Origin: Candidatus Multivorans sp.
GTDB taxonomy: Bacteria; Acidobacteriota; Thermoanaerobaculia; Multivoradales; Multivoraceae
Length of the DNA stretch: 64,000 nt
Assembly: GCA_965247095.1 (NCBI GenBank)
Contig: OZ251997.1
Coordinates: forward strand, 2,595,689-2,659,688
Direction of reading: 5' to 3'
The notes below the pieces were generated by a model. That model searched no databases. It was not told where the DNA came from and saw only the letters and a program-made list of their open reading frames with translations. Below are positions 8,577 through 18,598 of the stretch, one piece after another. A program made the translations under genes and the position numbers. Positions within the stretch are counted from its first letter, which is position 1. Each line of letters begins with the position of its first letter.

Positions 8577-9061
8577 CAGCAGTCCTTCCCGTCTTCGAGG
8601 CTGAATCCCAGCAGCCCTGCAACTTTTCCCTGGACGTCCAGGATCGTGTGCGCGGCGGCGACTTCCCTCTCGAGACGCTTGACCTTCGCTTCCAGCCGCT
8701 TCACCTTCGGCATCAGAGGGTTGGCCTCGTTCGGCTTGCGGCCCCGCTTCTTCGGCCTCAGACCGGAAAGCGCGCCCTCGCGCCGCGCCTTGCGCCAGTT
8801 GGCCAGATGGGAGCTGTACAGACCCTCTCGCCGCAGCAGCCGACCCACCTCGCCGCGGTGGGTGCATCGGTCCGCTTCCTCCAGAATCCGCAGCCGGTAC
8901 TCCGCCGTGAACTGCCGCCTGGTCGGTCTCGCCAGCACTTCCGGGTCGGGAACCGCCCCGGCGGGCGCCGCGCCGGCCGCGGGGGCCTCGTCGCTACGCT
9001 CCTCAACCCCCGCGGCCGGGAGCTCCGAGCCGCCGCCAAACCTCTGCTCTCGTCTTGACAT
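8576..9061 (-). CDS. IS3-family transposase OrfA (HTH)
   Basis: Sequence starts MSRREQRF and contains RRQFTAEYRLRILEEADRC and LLRREGLYSSHLANWRKAR plus a leucine-zipper-like tail. I preferred the internal ATG at 9061 of track ORF 8576..9091. Confidence 0.8.
   Translation of the reverse strand: MSRREQRFGGGSELPAAGVEERSDEAPAAGAAPAGAVPDPEVLARPTRRQFTAEYRLRILEEADRCTHRGEVGRLLRREGLYSSHLANWRKARREGALSGLRPKKRGRKPNEANPLMPKVKRLEAKVKRLEREVAAAHTILDVQGKVAGLLGFSLEDGKDC
8623..8630 (-). other. Candidate -1 programmed frameshift site (G GGA AAA G) for an OrfAB fusion
   Basis: Minus strand reads CAG GGA AAA GTT in the orfA frame. A -1 slip continues as GKSCRAAGIQ..., which is the orfB frame seen in track ORF 7578..8867. 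Confidence 0.35.
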
Positions 9062-9183
9062 TGATCCTCCTTGCCAACGTGTGCCCTCCACTATTCAACG
9101 GGATGGCCGCTGTGTCACGTACGTTGGCAGAGAGGGGCCGTAGGGGCGCTGACGCGTGGTTCGGAACGTGTTGGCTTCCGCCC

Positions 9184-10380
9184 TCAGAGCATTCGCGCGG
9201 CGATCCAGGGCAGGGCGACCGCGGTGCCCAGCACGCTGCCGAGGTTGCTCAGCACGACGACCAGGAGCACGCGTGTAAGGCGGTTGGACCAGAAGCCGCG
9301 CGCGGAACTGAGGCTGTCGGCGAGGTTCTCCATGTCCGCCACCAGGGGCCGGCGGAGCAGCGCCTGGACCAGTCCCGCGACCCAGCCGGCGGCGATCAGC
9401 GGGTTCAAGCTGGTCAGGGGCGCGGCGGCGAAGGCCGAGGCGATGGTCAGCGGATGCCCCAGGGCGATCGCGGCCCCTAGGGCGGACAAGCTGCCGTTGA
9501 TCAGGATCCAGAGGTAGATCGACTCGACCGACCGCTCGCGATCGCCGGTCAGGAAGCCGTAGGCCAGGAGCGCGATGATCGCGATCGGCAACGCCCACTT
9601 GACGATGCGCGGCCAGAGCGGCGGCTCGGGCAGTCGCTCGAGTTCCTCCAGATCGCAGGGCGAGCCCGCGAGGCTCGTGATGCCGGGCACGTGCCCGGCG
9701 CCGACCACGGCCACCGTGCGCGGACCTGCCGACTGGCGCAGCTTCTCGGCCATGTACGCGTCCCGTTCGTCGATCAGGGTGCCCTTGACGCTGGGCAATG
9801 CCTCGGCGAGGGCGGACACCAGGTCGCTCAGGTTGCCGCTGTCGCGGAGCTGCTCGATGTCCTCTTCCTTCAGGTCGTCGCCGACGAAGGCGCTGCCGGC
9901 CAACTGGGTCATCACCTTCGTCCGCTGCCAGAAGCCGAGTGAGGCCCAGGTGCGCTTCAGCGAGATCTGGATGTCGCGGTCGATCAGTTCGAGGCGTGCG
10001 CCGCGTTCCCGGGCCCGGGCGATCGCCTCTCTCATCTCGGCGCCGGGCTCGATGCCGAAGCGCTGGGCGATGCGCCGCTGGAAGGAGTGCATCAGGAACG
10101 AGCTGAGCAGCAGCGCCGCCTTGCCCTCGCGCAGGACCTGGAAGATGTCCAGCTTGCGCCACGACTCCTGGTCCTCCAGGTTGCGGTAGCGGGCCTCGCA
10201 GAGTTCGACGCAGACGGTGTCGGGCTCGAGCGCCTCGATCGCCTCCTTCGTGTCGCGCACGCTCTGCGGCGAGACGTGCGCGGTGCCGACCAGGAAGACC
10301 TCCCGCTCGTCGAGTTCGAGTCGCTGCACCGAGGCGGGCAGGTCGGGGGGCGCCGGTTGGCGCTCGGCTTCGGACATCAT
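9184..10380 (-). CDS. TraB/GumN family protein
   Basis: Contains VFLVGTAHVSPQSVRD, VCVELCEARY and ERDAYMAEKL, plus C-terminal transmembrane segments. The start was moved to the MMSEAERQ ATG at 10380. Confidence 0.85.
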   Translation of the reverse strand: MMSEAERQPAPPDLPASVQRLELDEREVFLVGTAHVSPQSVRDTKEAIEALEPDTVCVELCEARYRNLEDQESWRKLDIFQVLREGKAALLLSSFLMHSFQRRIAQRFGIEPGAEMREAIARARERGARLELIDRDIQISLKRTWASLGFWQRTKVMTQLAGSAFVGDDLKEEDIEQLRDSGNLSDLVSALAEALPSVKGTLIDERDAYMAEKLRQSAGPRTVAVVGAGHVPGITSLAGSPCDLEELERLPEPPLWPRIVKWALPIAIIALLAYGFLTGDRERSVESIYLWILINGSLSALGAAIALGHPLTIASAFAAAPLTSLNPLIAAGWVAGLVQALLRRPLVADMENLADSLSSARGFWSNRLTRVLLVVVLSNLGSVLGTAVALPWIAARML

Positions 10381-10486
10381 GGCAGCGCGGAGCGTAGCCG
10401 ACGGCCGGCTGGAGGCGAAACCGCGGCGGCGTCGAGTACGATGTTGTGTTCCAGGTCGTGATGGCAGGGCTGATGGGAGGATTGGA

Positions 10487-12016
10487 ATGGAAGTGATGAG
10501 AGACCATTGCCCCGTGGCGGCACGGGCGCTGGCGATGGGCGCCCTGGTGTTCCTTGCCTGCACCGCGCCCGACGCCGATGCCCCCGTCGCGGATGCCGGC
10601 GCCGGCCCGCGGCCGAACATCGTTCTCATCCTTGCCGACGATCTCGGCTACGCCGACATCGGCATCTACGGCAGCGAGGTGATCTCGACCCCGAACATCG
10701 ACGCGCTGGCCGCGAGCGGCGTTCGCTTCACGGCGGGCTACGTCAGCCATCCGGTGTGCAGTCCGTCGCGGGCCGGGCTGATGACCGGGCGCTACCAGCA
10801 GCGCCACGGCTGGGAGTTCAACCCGGCCGGCCGGGATGTCGGCGCCGGCATGAGTCTCGAGGAGACGACCCTGGCCGACCGGATGAGGGCTCTGGGGTAC
10901 CGGACCGGCATGATCGGCAAGTGGCACCTGGGCCGCCAGGCGCCCCATCATCCGGTGAGCCGCGGCTTCGACGAGTACTTCGGCGTGCTCGAAGGCGGCA
11001 GCATCTTCATCGACTCCAGCCTGCCGGGCGTGGAGTACGGCTCGATCCGCGGCGAAGACGGGCCGACGGTCCGCCGGAACAAGGTGCTGCGGGGGTTCGA
11101 GGAAGAGAAGGTCGACCGCTACCTGACCGACGTGTTCACGGAGGAAGCGACAAGCTTCATCGAGCGCAGCGCGAGCGGTGAAGAACCCTTCTTCCTCTAC
11201 CTCAGCCACACGACGCCGCACACGCCGCTCCAGGCCACGGCCGAGTACCTGGACGGCTACCGCCACATCGAAGATCAGCGCACCCGCGTCTACGCGGCCA
11301 TGGTCGCGTCGCTCGACGAGAGCGTGCGGCAGGTGGTCGAGACGCTCAAGGCACAGGGCGTGTACGAGAACACGATGATCGTCTTCGCCAGCGACAACGG
11401 CTGCGCCGGCTACATTCACGCCGCCTGCTCGAACGCGCCGCTCTTCGGTTTCAAGCGCTACCACCACGAAGGCGGCGTGCGGATTCCCTTCATCATCAGT
11501 TGGCCGGAAGGAATCGAGGGAGGGCGGACGTTCAATCAACCGGTGATCACCCTCGACTTCACGGCGACCTTCACGGCTGCGGCGGGCCAGGAAGCAAAGG
11601 CGGGCGACAGCGTGAACCTGCTGCCGTACATGACCGGCGAGGCGGACGGCGCGCCGCACGAGTACCTCTACTGGCGGGCCGGCGCCAGCGTCGCGATCCG
11701 CGACGCCCAGTACAAGCTGATCAAGCTGAACCGCACCGAGTTCCGGCCCGACGATCTGCGCGGGGACGGCCGTTTGCAGCCGCCCGAAGGCGGCTGGCCC
11801 ACGGATTCGCCCCACGGGCAGGCCACCCTGCTCTACGACCTGGAAGCCGACATCGGCGAGTTGAACAACCTGGCGGCGGAGCAGCCGGAGGTCGTCGCCC
11901 GTCTCGAAGCCGAGTTGGATGCGTGGCGCGCCACGTTGCTGAGCGAGCCGATCCTGCCGGGTGTGCGTTCCACGATCACCGAGATCGATGGTGAGTGGGT
12001 CCAATTGGTATTCTGA
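10487..12016 (+). CDS. Cys-type (formylglycine) sulfatase
   Basis: Contains PNIVLILADDLGYADIG and the CSPSRAGLMTGR (C-x-P-x-R) motif, with a signal-like N-terminus. GGGAGG RBS lies before the ATG at 10487. Confidence 0.9.
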   Translation: MEVMRDHCPVAARALAMGALVFLACTAPDADAPVADAGAGPRPNIVLILADDLGYADIGIYGSEVISTPNIDALAASGVRFTAGYVSHPVCSPSRAGLMTGRYQQRHGWEFNPAGRDVGAGMSLEETTLADRMRALGYRTGMIGKWHLGRQAPHHPVSRGFDEYFGVLEGGSIFIDSSLPGVEYGSIRGEDGPTVRRNKVLRGFEEEKVDRYLTDVFTEEATSFIERSASGEEPFFLYLSHTTPHTPLQATAEYLDGYRHIEDQRTRVYAAMVASLDESVRQVVETLKAQGVYENTMIVFASDNGCAGYIHAACSNAPLFGFKRYHHEGGVRIPFIISWPEGIEGGRTFNQPVITLDFTATFTAAAGQEAKAGDSVNLLPYMTGEADGAPHEYLYWRAGASVAIRDAQYKLIKLNRTEFRPDDLRGDGRLQPPEGGWPTDSPHGQATLLYDLEADIGELNNLAAEQPEVVARLEAELDAWRATLLSEPILPGVRSTITEIDGEWVQLVF

Positions 12017-12078
12017 GCCCGGCTGCTGACGTGCGCCGTGCCGCCCTCACCGCGGCGAACGATGCGGGCTGCTGAAGC

Positions 12079-13881
12079 ATGAGCGGTACACCCAAGGACG
12101 CTGAGCGCGGCCCTGCCGACGGTCCAGGTGCTGTGATGCGCCGCCGCCTCGAACAGGTACTGGCCGCCGGCCTGCAGTCGCCCATCTTCCGCTGGGAGAC
12201 CTGGCGGACGTTGTGGCCGCTGCGCCGCCGGGTTCAGGCGGCGCTGCTGGCCGTCCTCGCGGTGGCGGCGTTCTCGGCGTGGCGGGTTCAGCAGAAGGTC
12301 GGACAGGCGCGGCTCGAACTCGGTCTGGCGGAAGCGGCGACTGCCGGCGAGGGATTCGAGCGACTCGCCGAGCGGTCTCCAGGCCTGCTCAGCCTGGCCG
12401 CCCGGCACGCGGCCGGGGAGGGCCGCTGGCGCGAAGTGGCGGCGTTGTACGAGGACCATGCCGAACACCTGCCGCCGGCACTGCTGGCCGCGGCCGAGGT
12501 GGAACTCGGTGTGAATCGCGCCGAGGAAGCTGGAGCAGAATCGGCCGCGGACGAACCGCCGCCGGCGTCTGCGTTCGAGCGGCGTCTGCGGCGGGCACAG
12601 GCGGTCGACGCCTCGGGCGTGCAGCAACTGCTCTTCGACCGGCGGGGCCGGCCATTGGGATCGATCGGCGACGACCGTTCGTTGACGCTGGTAGAGGATC
12701 TGCCGGCCGGCCTGGTGCCGGTCGAGTTGGCGACCCATCTGCTGCCTTCCGCCCTCCAGCCGCCGGGTCTTGCCGCCGCCGGACCGGGGGCGATGAGCAG
12801 GTCCGCCGGCGCGCGAGCCCTGCGGCTGACGATCGACCGGGCCTGGAGCGAGGCGGCCGACACGGCGCTGGGCAGGGAAGAGGGCGCGATCGCGATCGTG
12901 GAGATCCCGTCGGGCGCGGTCCTGGCCGCGGTGAGCAACCGCGGTCGAAGCCGCCGGTGGCGGTCGAACGGCGACAGCGTCCTCGATCCGCGCGAGCCGG
13001 CGTCGATCGCCAAGCTGATCACCACGACGGCGGCGATGCGGGCCGGTCTCGACCCCGACCAGGAGATCGCCGACATGACCTGCCGCGGCTCGGTGCTGAT
13101 GGACGGTCAGCGGCTCTACTGCAGCGCGATCAACGGCCGGCTCCGGGGGCTCTCCGCAGCGATGGCCAGTAGCTGCAACGTCGCCTTCGCCAAGCTCGCG
13201 ATGGATGTCGGCGACCGGGCGCTGGTCGAAGAGTACGAACGCTACGGCTTCGTCATCGGCGGCAGGAGTAGCGAGGCGGTGCCGCGGAACGCCGTCGGTG
13301 TGGTGCATGAGTACCGTCACCCGGGCAAGCAGCTCGGCGATCTCTCGATCGGCCTGGAGGAGGCTTCGATCACACCGTTGGGGGCGGCCCTGTTCGCCGC
13401 CACCCTCTCGGACGGCCGCCGGCGCGAGCCGAGCTTCGTTCTGCAGGCGGACGGACTTCTGGGCATCTCGCCACGGACACCGGTCGGCGACGGTCCGCGC
13501 GAGGGCGTCGAGGTTCTCGACCCGTCCTGGCTGCCGGTGCTGCACGAGTCGATGCGCGCGGTCGTGTCTCCGGGCGGCTCGGCGAACCGGGTGGCGCCGA
13601 AGCGTCTCCGGGTGGCGATGAAGACGGGCACGGCGCGCGATCCGGACAAGCCGTTCCACGTGAACTACGCCGGCTTCTTCCCCTCCGACGAGAGCCAGCC
13701 GCCCCGATACGCCTTCGCGGTCAGGGTCACCGGCCAGCCGACGTCGGCACGGGTTCGCCGCGCCGGGTACGCCGTCACGTTCCGTCTGCTGCGGGCGCTC
13801 GACAGGTTGGTCGGCGAAGAGATCGAGACAGCGTCCCGGGTTCCGCAACGGCTGGCGGCAGCGACCGGAGCGAGCAAGTGA
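12079..13881 (+). CDS. Penicillin-binding protein, transpeptidase domain (PBP2-like)
   Basis: All three PBP motifs are present: SIAK (SxxK), SCN (SxN) and KTGT. There is an N-terminal membrane anchor. Confidence 0.8.
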   Translation: MSGTPKDAERGPADGPGAVMRRRLEQVLAAGLQSPIFRWETWRTLWPLRRRVQAALLAVLAVAAFSAWRVQQKVGQARLELGLAEAATAGEGFERLAERSPGLLSLAARHAAGEGRWREVAALYEDHAEHLPPALLAAAEVELGVNRAEEAGAESAADEPPPASAFERRLRRAQAVDASGVQQLLFDRRGRPLGSIGDDRSLTLVEDLPAGLVPVELATHLLPSALQPPGLAAAGPGAMSRSAGARALRLTIDRAWSEAADTALGREEGAIAIVEIPSGAVLAAVSNRGRSRRWRSNGDSVLDPREPASIAKLITTTAAMRAGLDPDQEIADMTCRGSVLMDGQRLYCSAINGRLRGLSAAMASSCNVAFAKLAMDVGDRALVEEYERYGFVIGGRSSEAVPRNAVGVVHEYRHPGKQLGDLSIGLEEASITPLGAALFAATLSDGRRREPSFVLQADGLLGISPRTPVGDGPREGVEVLDPSWLPVLHESMRAVVSPGGSANRVAPKRLRVAMKTGTARDPDKPFHVNYAGFFPSDESQPPRYAFAVRVTGQPTSARVRRAGYAVTFRLLRALDRLVGEEIETASRVPQRLAAATGASK

Positions 13882-16736
13882 CAGCGAGCGCGGGCGGCGC
13901 AAAACCGCCCGCACGCCGGCGCTACCGACCGGCGATCGGCCCCAGGCTGAAACCGCTCCTGTGGGTGGTCTTCGGACTGTTCGCTCTGCTGGCGGTGAAC
14001 TCGTTCTACCTCTCCGGCGTTCGCGTTGCCGAGGCGGCAACCGGCGCGACCTACCAGAACTGGTTCTACATCTCGATGTTTCTGCTTCACTTGGCGGTGG
14101 GGGGATTGTTCGTGGCGCCGGTGATCTGGTTCGGTCTGGCGCACATGCGGAACGCGCGCAATCGACCCAACCGGCGCGCGGTGAAGGTGGGGTATGCGCT
14201 GTTCGGGACGGCGCTCGTGCTCCTTCTGAGCGGCATCGTGCTGACGCGGATCGAGGGTGTGATCACGGTGAACGACCCGGCGGTCCGCGGCGTGGCCTAC
14301 TGGCTGCACGTCCTGGCGCCCCTGGTAGCGGCCTGGCTGTTCGTGCTGCACCGGCTCGCCGGCAAGCGAATCAACTGGCGGATCGGTGCGCGCGTCGCGG
14401 CCGCCGCCGTGGTTCTGGTCGGCGTGGCGCTGGTGCTGCAGTTCCAGGATCCGCGGGCGTGGAACGTGGAAGGTCCGGAGTCGGGAGAGCAGTACTTCTT
14501 CCCGGCCCTGGCGCGCACCGCGAGCGGCGGGTTCATCCCCGAGCGGGTGTTGATGAACGACGCCTACTGCGTGGACTGCCATGCCGACATCCACGCTCGC
14601 TGGACCTACAGCGCCCACCGCTTCAGCTCCTTCAACAACCCCGCCTACAGTTTCTCCGTCCAGGAGACCCGCGACAAGGCGTACGAGCGTTCGGGCGACG
14701 TGCAGGCGTCCCGCTTCTGCGCCGGCTGCCACGATCCGGTGGTGTTCTTCTCGGGCGCCTTCGACGACCCGGAGTTCGACGTCGAGCAGCCGGCCGCGCA
14801 CGCCGGCATCACCTGCACGTCCTGCCACGCGATTACGCACATCAACAGTCCCCGCGGCAACGCCGACTACACGATCGAGGAGCCCCAGCACTACCCGTTT
14901 GCCTTCAGCGACTCAGGGTTCCTCAAGTTCGTCAACCATCAACTGGTCAAGGCGAAACCGGAACTGCACAAACGGACCTTCCTCAAGCCCCTGCACACGA
15001 CGGCGGAGTTCTGCGGCGCCTGCCACAAGGTCCACCTGCCCGAGGAGTTGAATCACTACAAGTTCCTGCGCGGCCAGAACCACTACGACTCGCACCTTCT
15101 CTCCGGCGTCTCGGGCCACGGCGTGGCGAGCTTCTACTACCCGCCCGAGGCCGAGCCGAACTGCAACGGCTGCCACATGGACCTGCTGCCGTCGGACGAC
15201 TTCGGTTCTCGCCGCCACCCGGAGAGCGACCAGCCTGATGTCACCCAGGTTCACGATCACCTGTTCCCGTCCGCGAACACCGGCATCCCCCATCTGCTCG
15301 ACTTCCCGGACTGGGTGATCGAGGCCCACCGCGAGTTCAACGAGGGCGCCGTCGACGTGGACATCTTCGGCGTCAAGCCGGGCGGCGCGATCGAGGACGA
15401 GCTGATCGCGCCGGTGCGCCCCGAGATACCGGCCCTCGAGGCGGGCGAGGACTATCTGCTGGAGGTCGTTGTACGCACCGTTGCCTTGGGGCATCACCTG
15501 ACCCAGGGCACCGTTGACTCCAACCAGCTCTGGCTGGACATCGCGGTGCGCGACGACAGCGGCCGGCTGGTGGGGCGGAGCGGCGGTTTGGGCGAGGGCA
15601 ACCGGGTCGACCCCTGGTCGCACTTCATCAACGTCTACATGCTCGACCGCGAGGGCGCGCGGATCGATCGCCGCAACGCCGAGGACATCTTCGTGCCGCT
15701 GTACGACCATCAGATCCCGCCGGGGGCGGGCGACGTGGTCCACTACCGGATGGAAGTACCGCCAGGGGCGGCCACCGGCAGCCTGACGGTCGAGGCCGCG
15801 CTCCGCTACCGCAAGTTCGACACGACGTACCTGCGCTACATCTACGGCGAGGACACGGTGAACGAACTGCCGATTCTCGACCTGGCCCGGGACACGGTGA
15901 CCTTCCCGGTGGCGGGCGCCTCCGCCCCTGGGCACGCGGGCGTCTCGCCCGCATCCGGTCCGGAGGTCCGCCAACCCGCCAAGCCTCTCTGGCAGCGCTG
16001 GAACGACTACGGCATCGGCCTGCTGCGCAAGGGCGGCACCGGTCGCGGCGAACTGCGGCAGGCGATCGAAGCCTTCACCCGGGTCGAGGAGTTGGGCCGT
16101 CCCGACGGACCGCTCAACCTCGCCCGCGTCTACCTGGCGCAGGGCACCGTCACCGACGACGCGATCGCGGCGCTCGAGCGGGCCGCCACCTTCGACCCGG
16201 CGGCGCCGGCGTGGTCGGTGGCCTGGTTCACCGGGCTGGTCAACTTCCAGAACGGCGCCGTCGACGAGGCGATCGCCAACTTCCGCTCGATCCTCGACGC
16301 CGACAGCGAGGAGATGCGACGCCGCGGCTTCGACTTCAGCCGCGACGTGCGGCTGCAGAACCAGCTCGGTCTGGCTCTGTTCGAGCGCGCCAAGCGCGAG
16401 CGGGGCCCTGCCCGCGCCGAGGCGCGCGCGGCGCGGCTCAACGAGGCGCGGGAGTCGTTCGAGAGCGCTCTGGTCATCGACCCGGAGAACGTGACCGCCC
16501 ACTACAACCTGGGTCTGATCTACGGCCAGCTTGGCGATCGCGAGGGCGCCGCCCGGCACCAGGAACTTCATGCGAAGTACAAGCCTGACGACAACGCCCG
16601 GGACCGGGCGATCGCCACGGCCAGACGCGCCGACGCGGCGGCCGATCACGCGGCGGAGGCGATCGTGATCTACGACCTGCACCGGCCCGAGCGCTTCGAA
16701 GGCGACCGGGCCGGGGTCGCCGGAGCGGGCGGTTGA
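13878..16736 (+). CDS. Membrane-anchored multihaem c-type cytochrome with C-terminal TPR repeats
   Basis: Five CxxCH motifs (CVDCH, CAGCH, CTSCH, CGACH, CNGCH), N-terminal transmembrane helices and a TPR-like C-terminus. The GTG start overlaps the PBP stop (GTGA). Confidence 0.8.
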   Translation: MTASAGGAKPPARRRYRPAIGPRLKPLLWVVFGLFALLAVNSFYLSGVRVAEAATGATYQNWFYISMFLLHLAVGGLFVAPVIWFGLAHMRNARNRPNRRAVKVGYALFGTALVLLLSGIVLTRIEGVITVNDPAVRGVAYWLHVLAPLVAAWLFVLHRLAGKRINWRIGARVAAAAVVLVGVALVLQFQDPRAWNVEGPESGEQYFFPALARTASGGFIPERVLMNDAYCVDCHADIHARWTYSAHRFSSFNNPAYSFSVQETRDKAYERSGDVQASRFCAGCHDPVVFFSGAFDDPEFDVEQPAAHAGITCTSCHAITHINSPRGNADYTIEEPQHYPFAFSDSGFLKFVNHQLVKAKPELHKRTFLKPLHTTAEFCGACHKVHLPEELNHYKFLRGQNHYDSHLLSGVSGHGVASFYYPPEAEPNCNGCHMDLLPSDDFGSRRHPESDQPDVTQVHDHLFPSANTGIPHLLDFPDWVIEAHREFNEGAVDVDIFGVKPGGAIEDELIAPVRPEIPALEAGEDYLLEVVVRTVALGHHLTQGTVDSNQLWLDIAVRDDSGRLVGRSGGLGEGNRVDPWSHFINVYMLDREGARIDRRNAEDIFVPLYDHQIPPGAGDVVHYRMEVPPGAATGSLTVEAALRYRKFDTTYLRYIYGEDTVNELPILDLARDTVTFPVAGASAPGHAGVSPASGPEVRQPAKPLWQRWNDYGIGLLRKGGTGRGELRQAIEAFTRVEELGRPDGPLNLARVYLAQGTVTDDAIAALERAATFDPAAPAWSVAWFTGLVNFQNGAVDEAIANFRSILDADSEEMRRRGFDFSRDVRLQNQLGLALFERAKRERGPARAEARAARLNEARESFESALVIDPENVTAHYNLGLIYGQLGDREGAARHQELHAKYKPDDNARDRAIATARRADAAADHAAEAIVIYDLHRPERFEGDRAGVAGAGG

Positions 16737-18598
16737 CTCCCGACCGGCCGGACGAAGAACTCGTAGCCGAGGACGACGCGGTCATCGGCCGCGTATTCGC
16801 TCGTTCCCTCAAGGTACTGGCGGCGCTGGCCGTTGCCGCGCTTCTCGTGTTCGCGCTCCGTGTCGTCTTCCGGGCGGCGCCCGAGGAGGCGAGGGAGATC
16901 CCGGTCGAGGCGCCGCGGGCCGTGGCGGCGGCGCCGGAGGTTCCGGTCATCTCCTTCACGGACGTCACGGCGGAGGCCGGCATCGACTTCGTCCATGTCA
17001 ACGGCGCCGAGGGCGATGCCCTGTTGCCGGAGACGATGGGTTCGGGCGCGGCCTTCTTCGACTTCGACCGCGACAGCGACCAGGACCTGCTGCTGGTCAA
17101 CTCGACCGGGTGGAAGGCGGCGCCGGAGACCGGCCCGACGATGGCGCTGTACGAGAACGACGGCGCCGGGCGGTTTGCCGACCGGACCGCCGCACTCGGT
17201 CTGGCGACGAGCTTCTACGGCACCGGCGTTGCGGTCGGCGACGTGGACAGCGACGGCTGGGTCGATCTGTTCATCTCCGCGGTGGGGCCGAACCGCCTGT
17301 TCCGGAACGTGGAAGGAGCTCGCTTCGAGGACGTGACCGTGAGGGCGGGCGTGGCCGGCGCCGCCTCGGAGTGGAGCAGCAGCAGCGCCTTCTTCGACGC
17401 GGACGGAGACGGCGACCTCGACCTCCTGGTCGGCAACTACGTGCGCTGGTCGCGCGAGATCGACATCGAGGTCGGCTACCAGTTGACCGGAGTTGGGCGC
17501 GCCTACGGGCAGCCGGTCAACTACGGCGGCACGACCATGGACCTCTACCGGAACGACGGCTCGGGCGTCTTCGTCGATGTCTCGGAGGATGCCGGATTGC
17601 ACATCCTGAACCCGGCCTCGGATGCGCCGGTGGCGAAGACGCTGGGGCTGGCGCCGGTCGACATCGAGGGCGACGGCGATGTCGACGTGCTGGTCGCGAA
17701 CGACACGGTGCGGAACTTCCTGCTCGTGAACGACGGCAGCGGCGTCTTCACCGAGGAGGGAGGGAACTACGGCCTGGCCTACAGCCGCGACGGCGCGGCG
17801 ACCGGCGCGATGGGCGCCGATGCCGCCGATTTCCGCAACGACGGCGAACTCGGCTTCGCGATCGCGAACTTCGCCAACGAGATGACCTCGCTCTACGTCT
17901 CCCAGGGCGATCCGACGCTGTTCAGCGACGAGGCGATCACCGCCGGCATCGGCGCGCCGAGCCGCCGCGTGCTCAGCTTCGGCCTCTTCTTCTTCGACTA
18001 CGACCTGGACGGCCGGTTGGACCTGCTCCAGGTCAACGGCCATCTCGAGGACGACATTGAGGTCGTGGAACCCAGCCAGCGCTACCGGCAGCCGCCGCAG
18101 TTGTTCTGGAACGCCGGCTCAGGAGCGGCGTCGACCTTCGTGCCGGTCACGCCGGCGCCCGGCGACGGTCTGACCCGCGAGCTGGTCGGCCGGGGCTCGA
18201 CCTACGCCGACATCGACGGCGACGGCGACCTGGACATCCTGCTGCTCCAGACCGGCGACCGGCCGCTGCTGCTGCGCAACGACCAGAAGACCGGCCACCG
18301 CTGGCTGCGGTTCCGTTTGCGCGGCGACGGCGAGCGCGTCAACCGCGACGCGATCGGTTCCTGGGTTGAGGTCGAAGAGCGGACCACGGCTGGGCCTGTG
18401 GTGCAGCGGCGCCGCGTCATGCCGACCCGCAGCTACCAGAGCCAGGTCGAGCCGGTGGTGACGATCGGCCTGGGCGCCGCGTCGTCGGTCGACGACCTGG
18501 TGCGGATCGACGTGGTCTGGCCCGACGGTACCCGGCAGGCAGTCGAAGTCAACGGCCTCGACCGGGTCGTCGAGGTCGAGTACGGGTCTCCGAACTAG
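16733..18598 (+). CDS. CRTAC1-family protein (FG-GAP/VCBS repeats + ASPIC/UnbV domain)
   Basis: Repeated DxDxDGDLD FG-GAP motifs, and a C-terminal RWLRFRLRG...NRDAIGSWV...SYQSQ ASPIC/UnbV signature. The start overlaps the upstream stop. Confidence 0.85.
   Translation: MTPDRPDEELVAEDDAVIGRVFARSLKVLAALAVAALLVFALRVVFRAAPEEAREIPVEAPRAVAAAPEVPVISFTDVTAEAGIDFVHVNGAEGDALLPETMGSGAAFFDFDRDSDQDLLLVNSTGWKAAPETGPTMALYENDGAGRFADRTAALGLATSFYGTGVAVGDVDSDGWVDLFISAVGPNRLFRNVEGARFEDVTVRAGVAGAASEWSSSSAFFDADGDGDLDLLVGNYVRWSREIDIEVGYQLTGVGRAYGQPVNYGGTTMDLYRNDGSGVFVDVSEDAGLHILNPASDAPVAKTLGLAPVDIEGDGDVDVLVANDTVRNFLLVNDGSGVFTEEGGNYGLAYSRDGAATGAMGADAADFRNDGELGFAIANFANEMTSLYVSQGDPTLFSDEAITAGIGAPSRRVLSFGLFFFDYDLDGRLDLLQVNGHLEDDIEVVEPSQRYRQPPQLFWNAGSGAASTFVPVTPAPGDGLTRELVGRGSTYADIDGDGDLDILLLQTGDRPLLLRNDQKTGHRWLRFRLRGDGERVNRDAIGSWVEVEERTTAGPVVQRRRVMPTRSYQSQVEPVVTIGLGAASSVDDLVRIDVVWPDGTRQAVEVNGLDRVVEVEYGSPN

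Larger units (their letters stand above)
7545..9129 (-). mobile_element. IS3-family insertion sequence (orfA/orfB)
   Basis: Imperfect terminal inverted repeats TGTCAACGACATTGACACAGCGG (7545-7567) and CCGCTGTGTCACGTACGTTGGCA (9107-9129) match 19/24, with an 11-bp perfect core and TG...CA termini. No clear target duplication was found. Confidence 0.8.

Noticed and set aside
7541-9133. A target-site duplication for the IS3 element.
   Set aside because: The bases flanking either candidate boundary (7545/9129 or 7557/9117) are not direct repeats. The boundaries therefore remain approximate.
9095-12004. Very long track ORFs. Examples: 9095..12004 (969 aa), 11833..14040, 14913..16682, 16670..18043, 18602..20491, 32802..34523, 43938..45362, 52882..54003, 54112..56013, 59941..62034 and 62031..63554.
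   Set aside because: - They are Arg/Pro/Gly/Ala-rich and low in complexity.
- They carry no recognisable motifs.
- Each is antisense to, or frame-shifted over, a confidently identified gene.
- These are the shadow ORFs typical of high-GC DNA.
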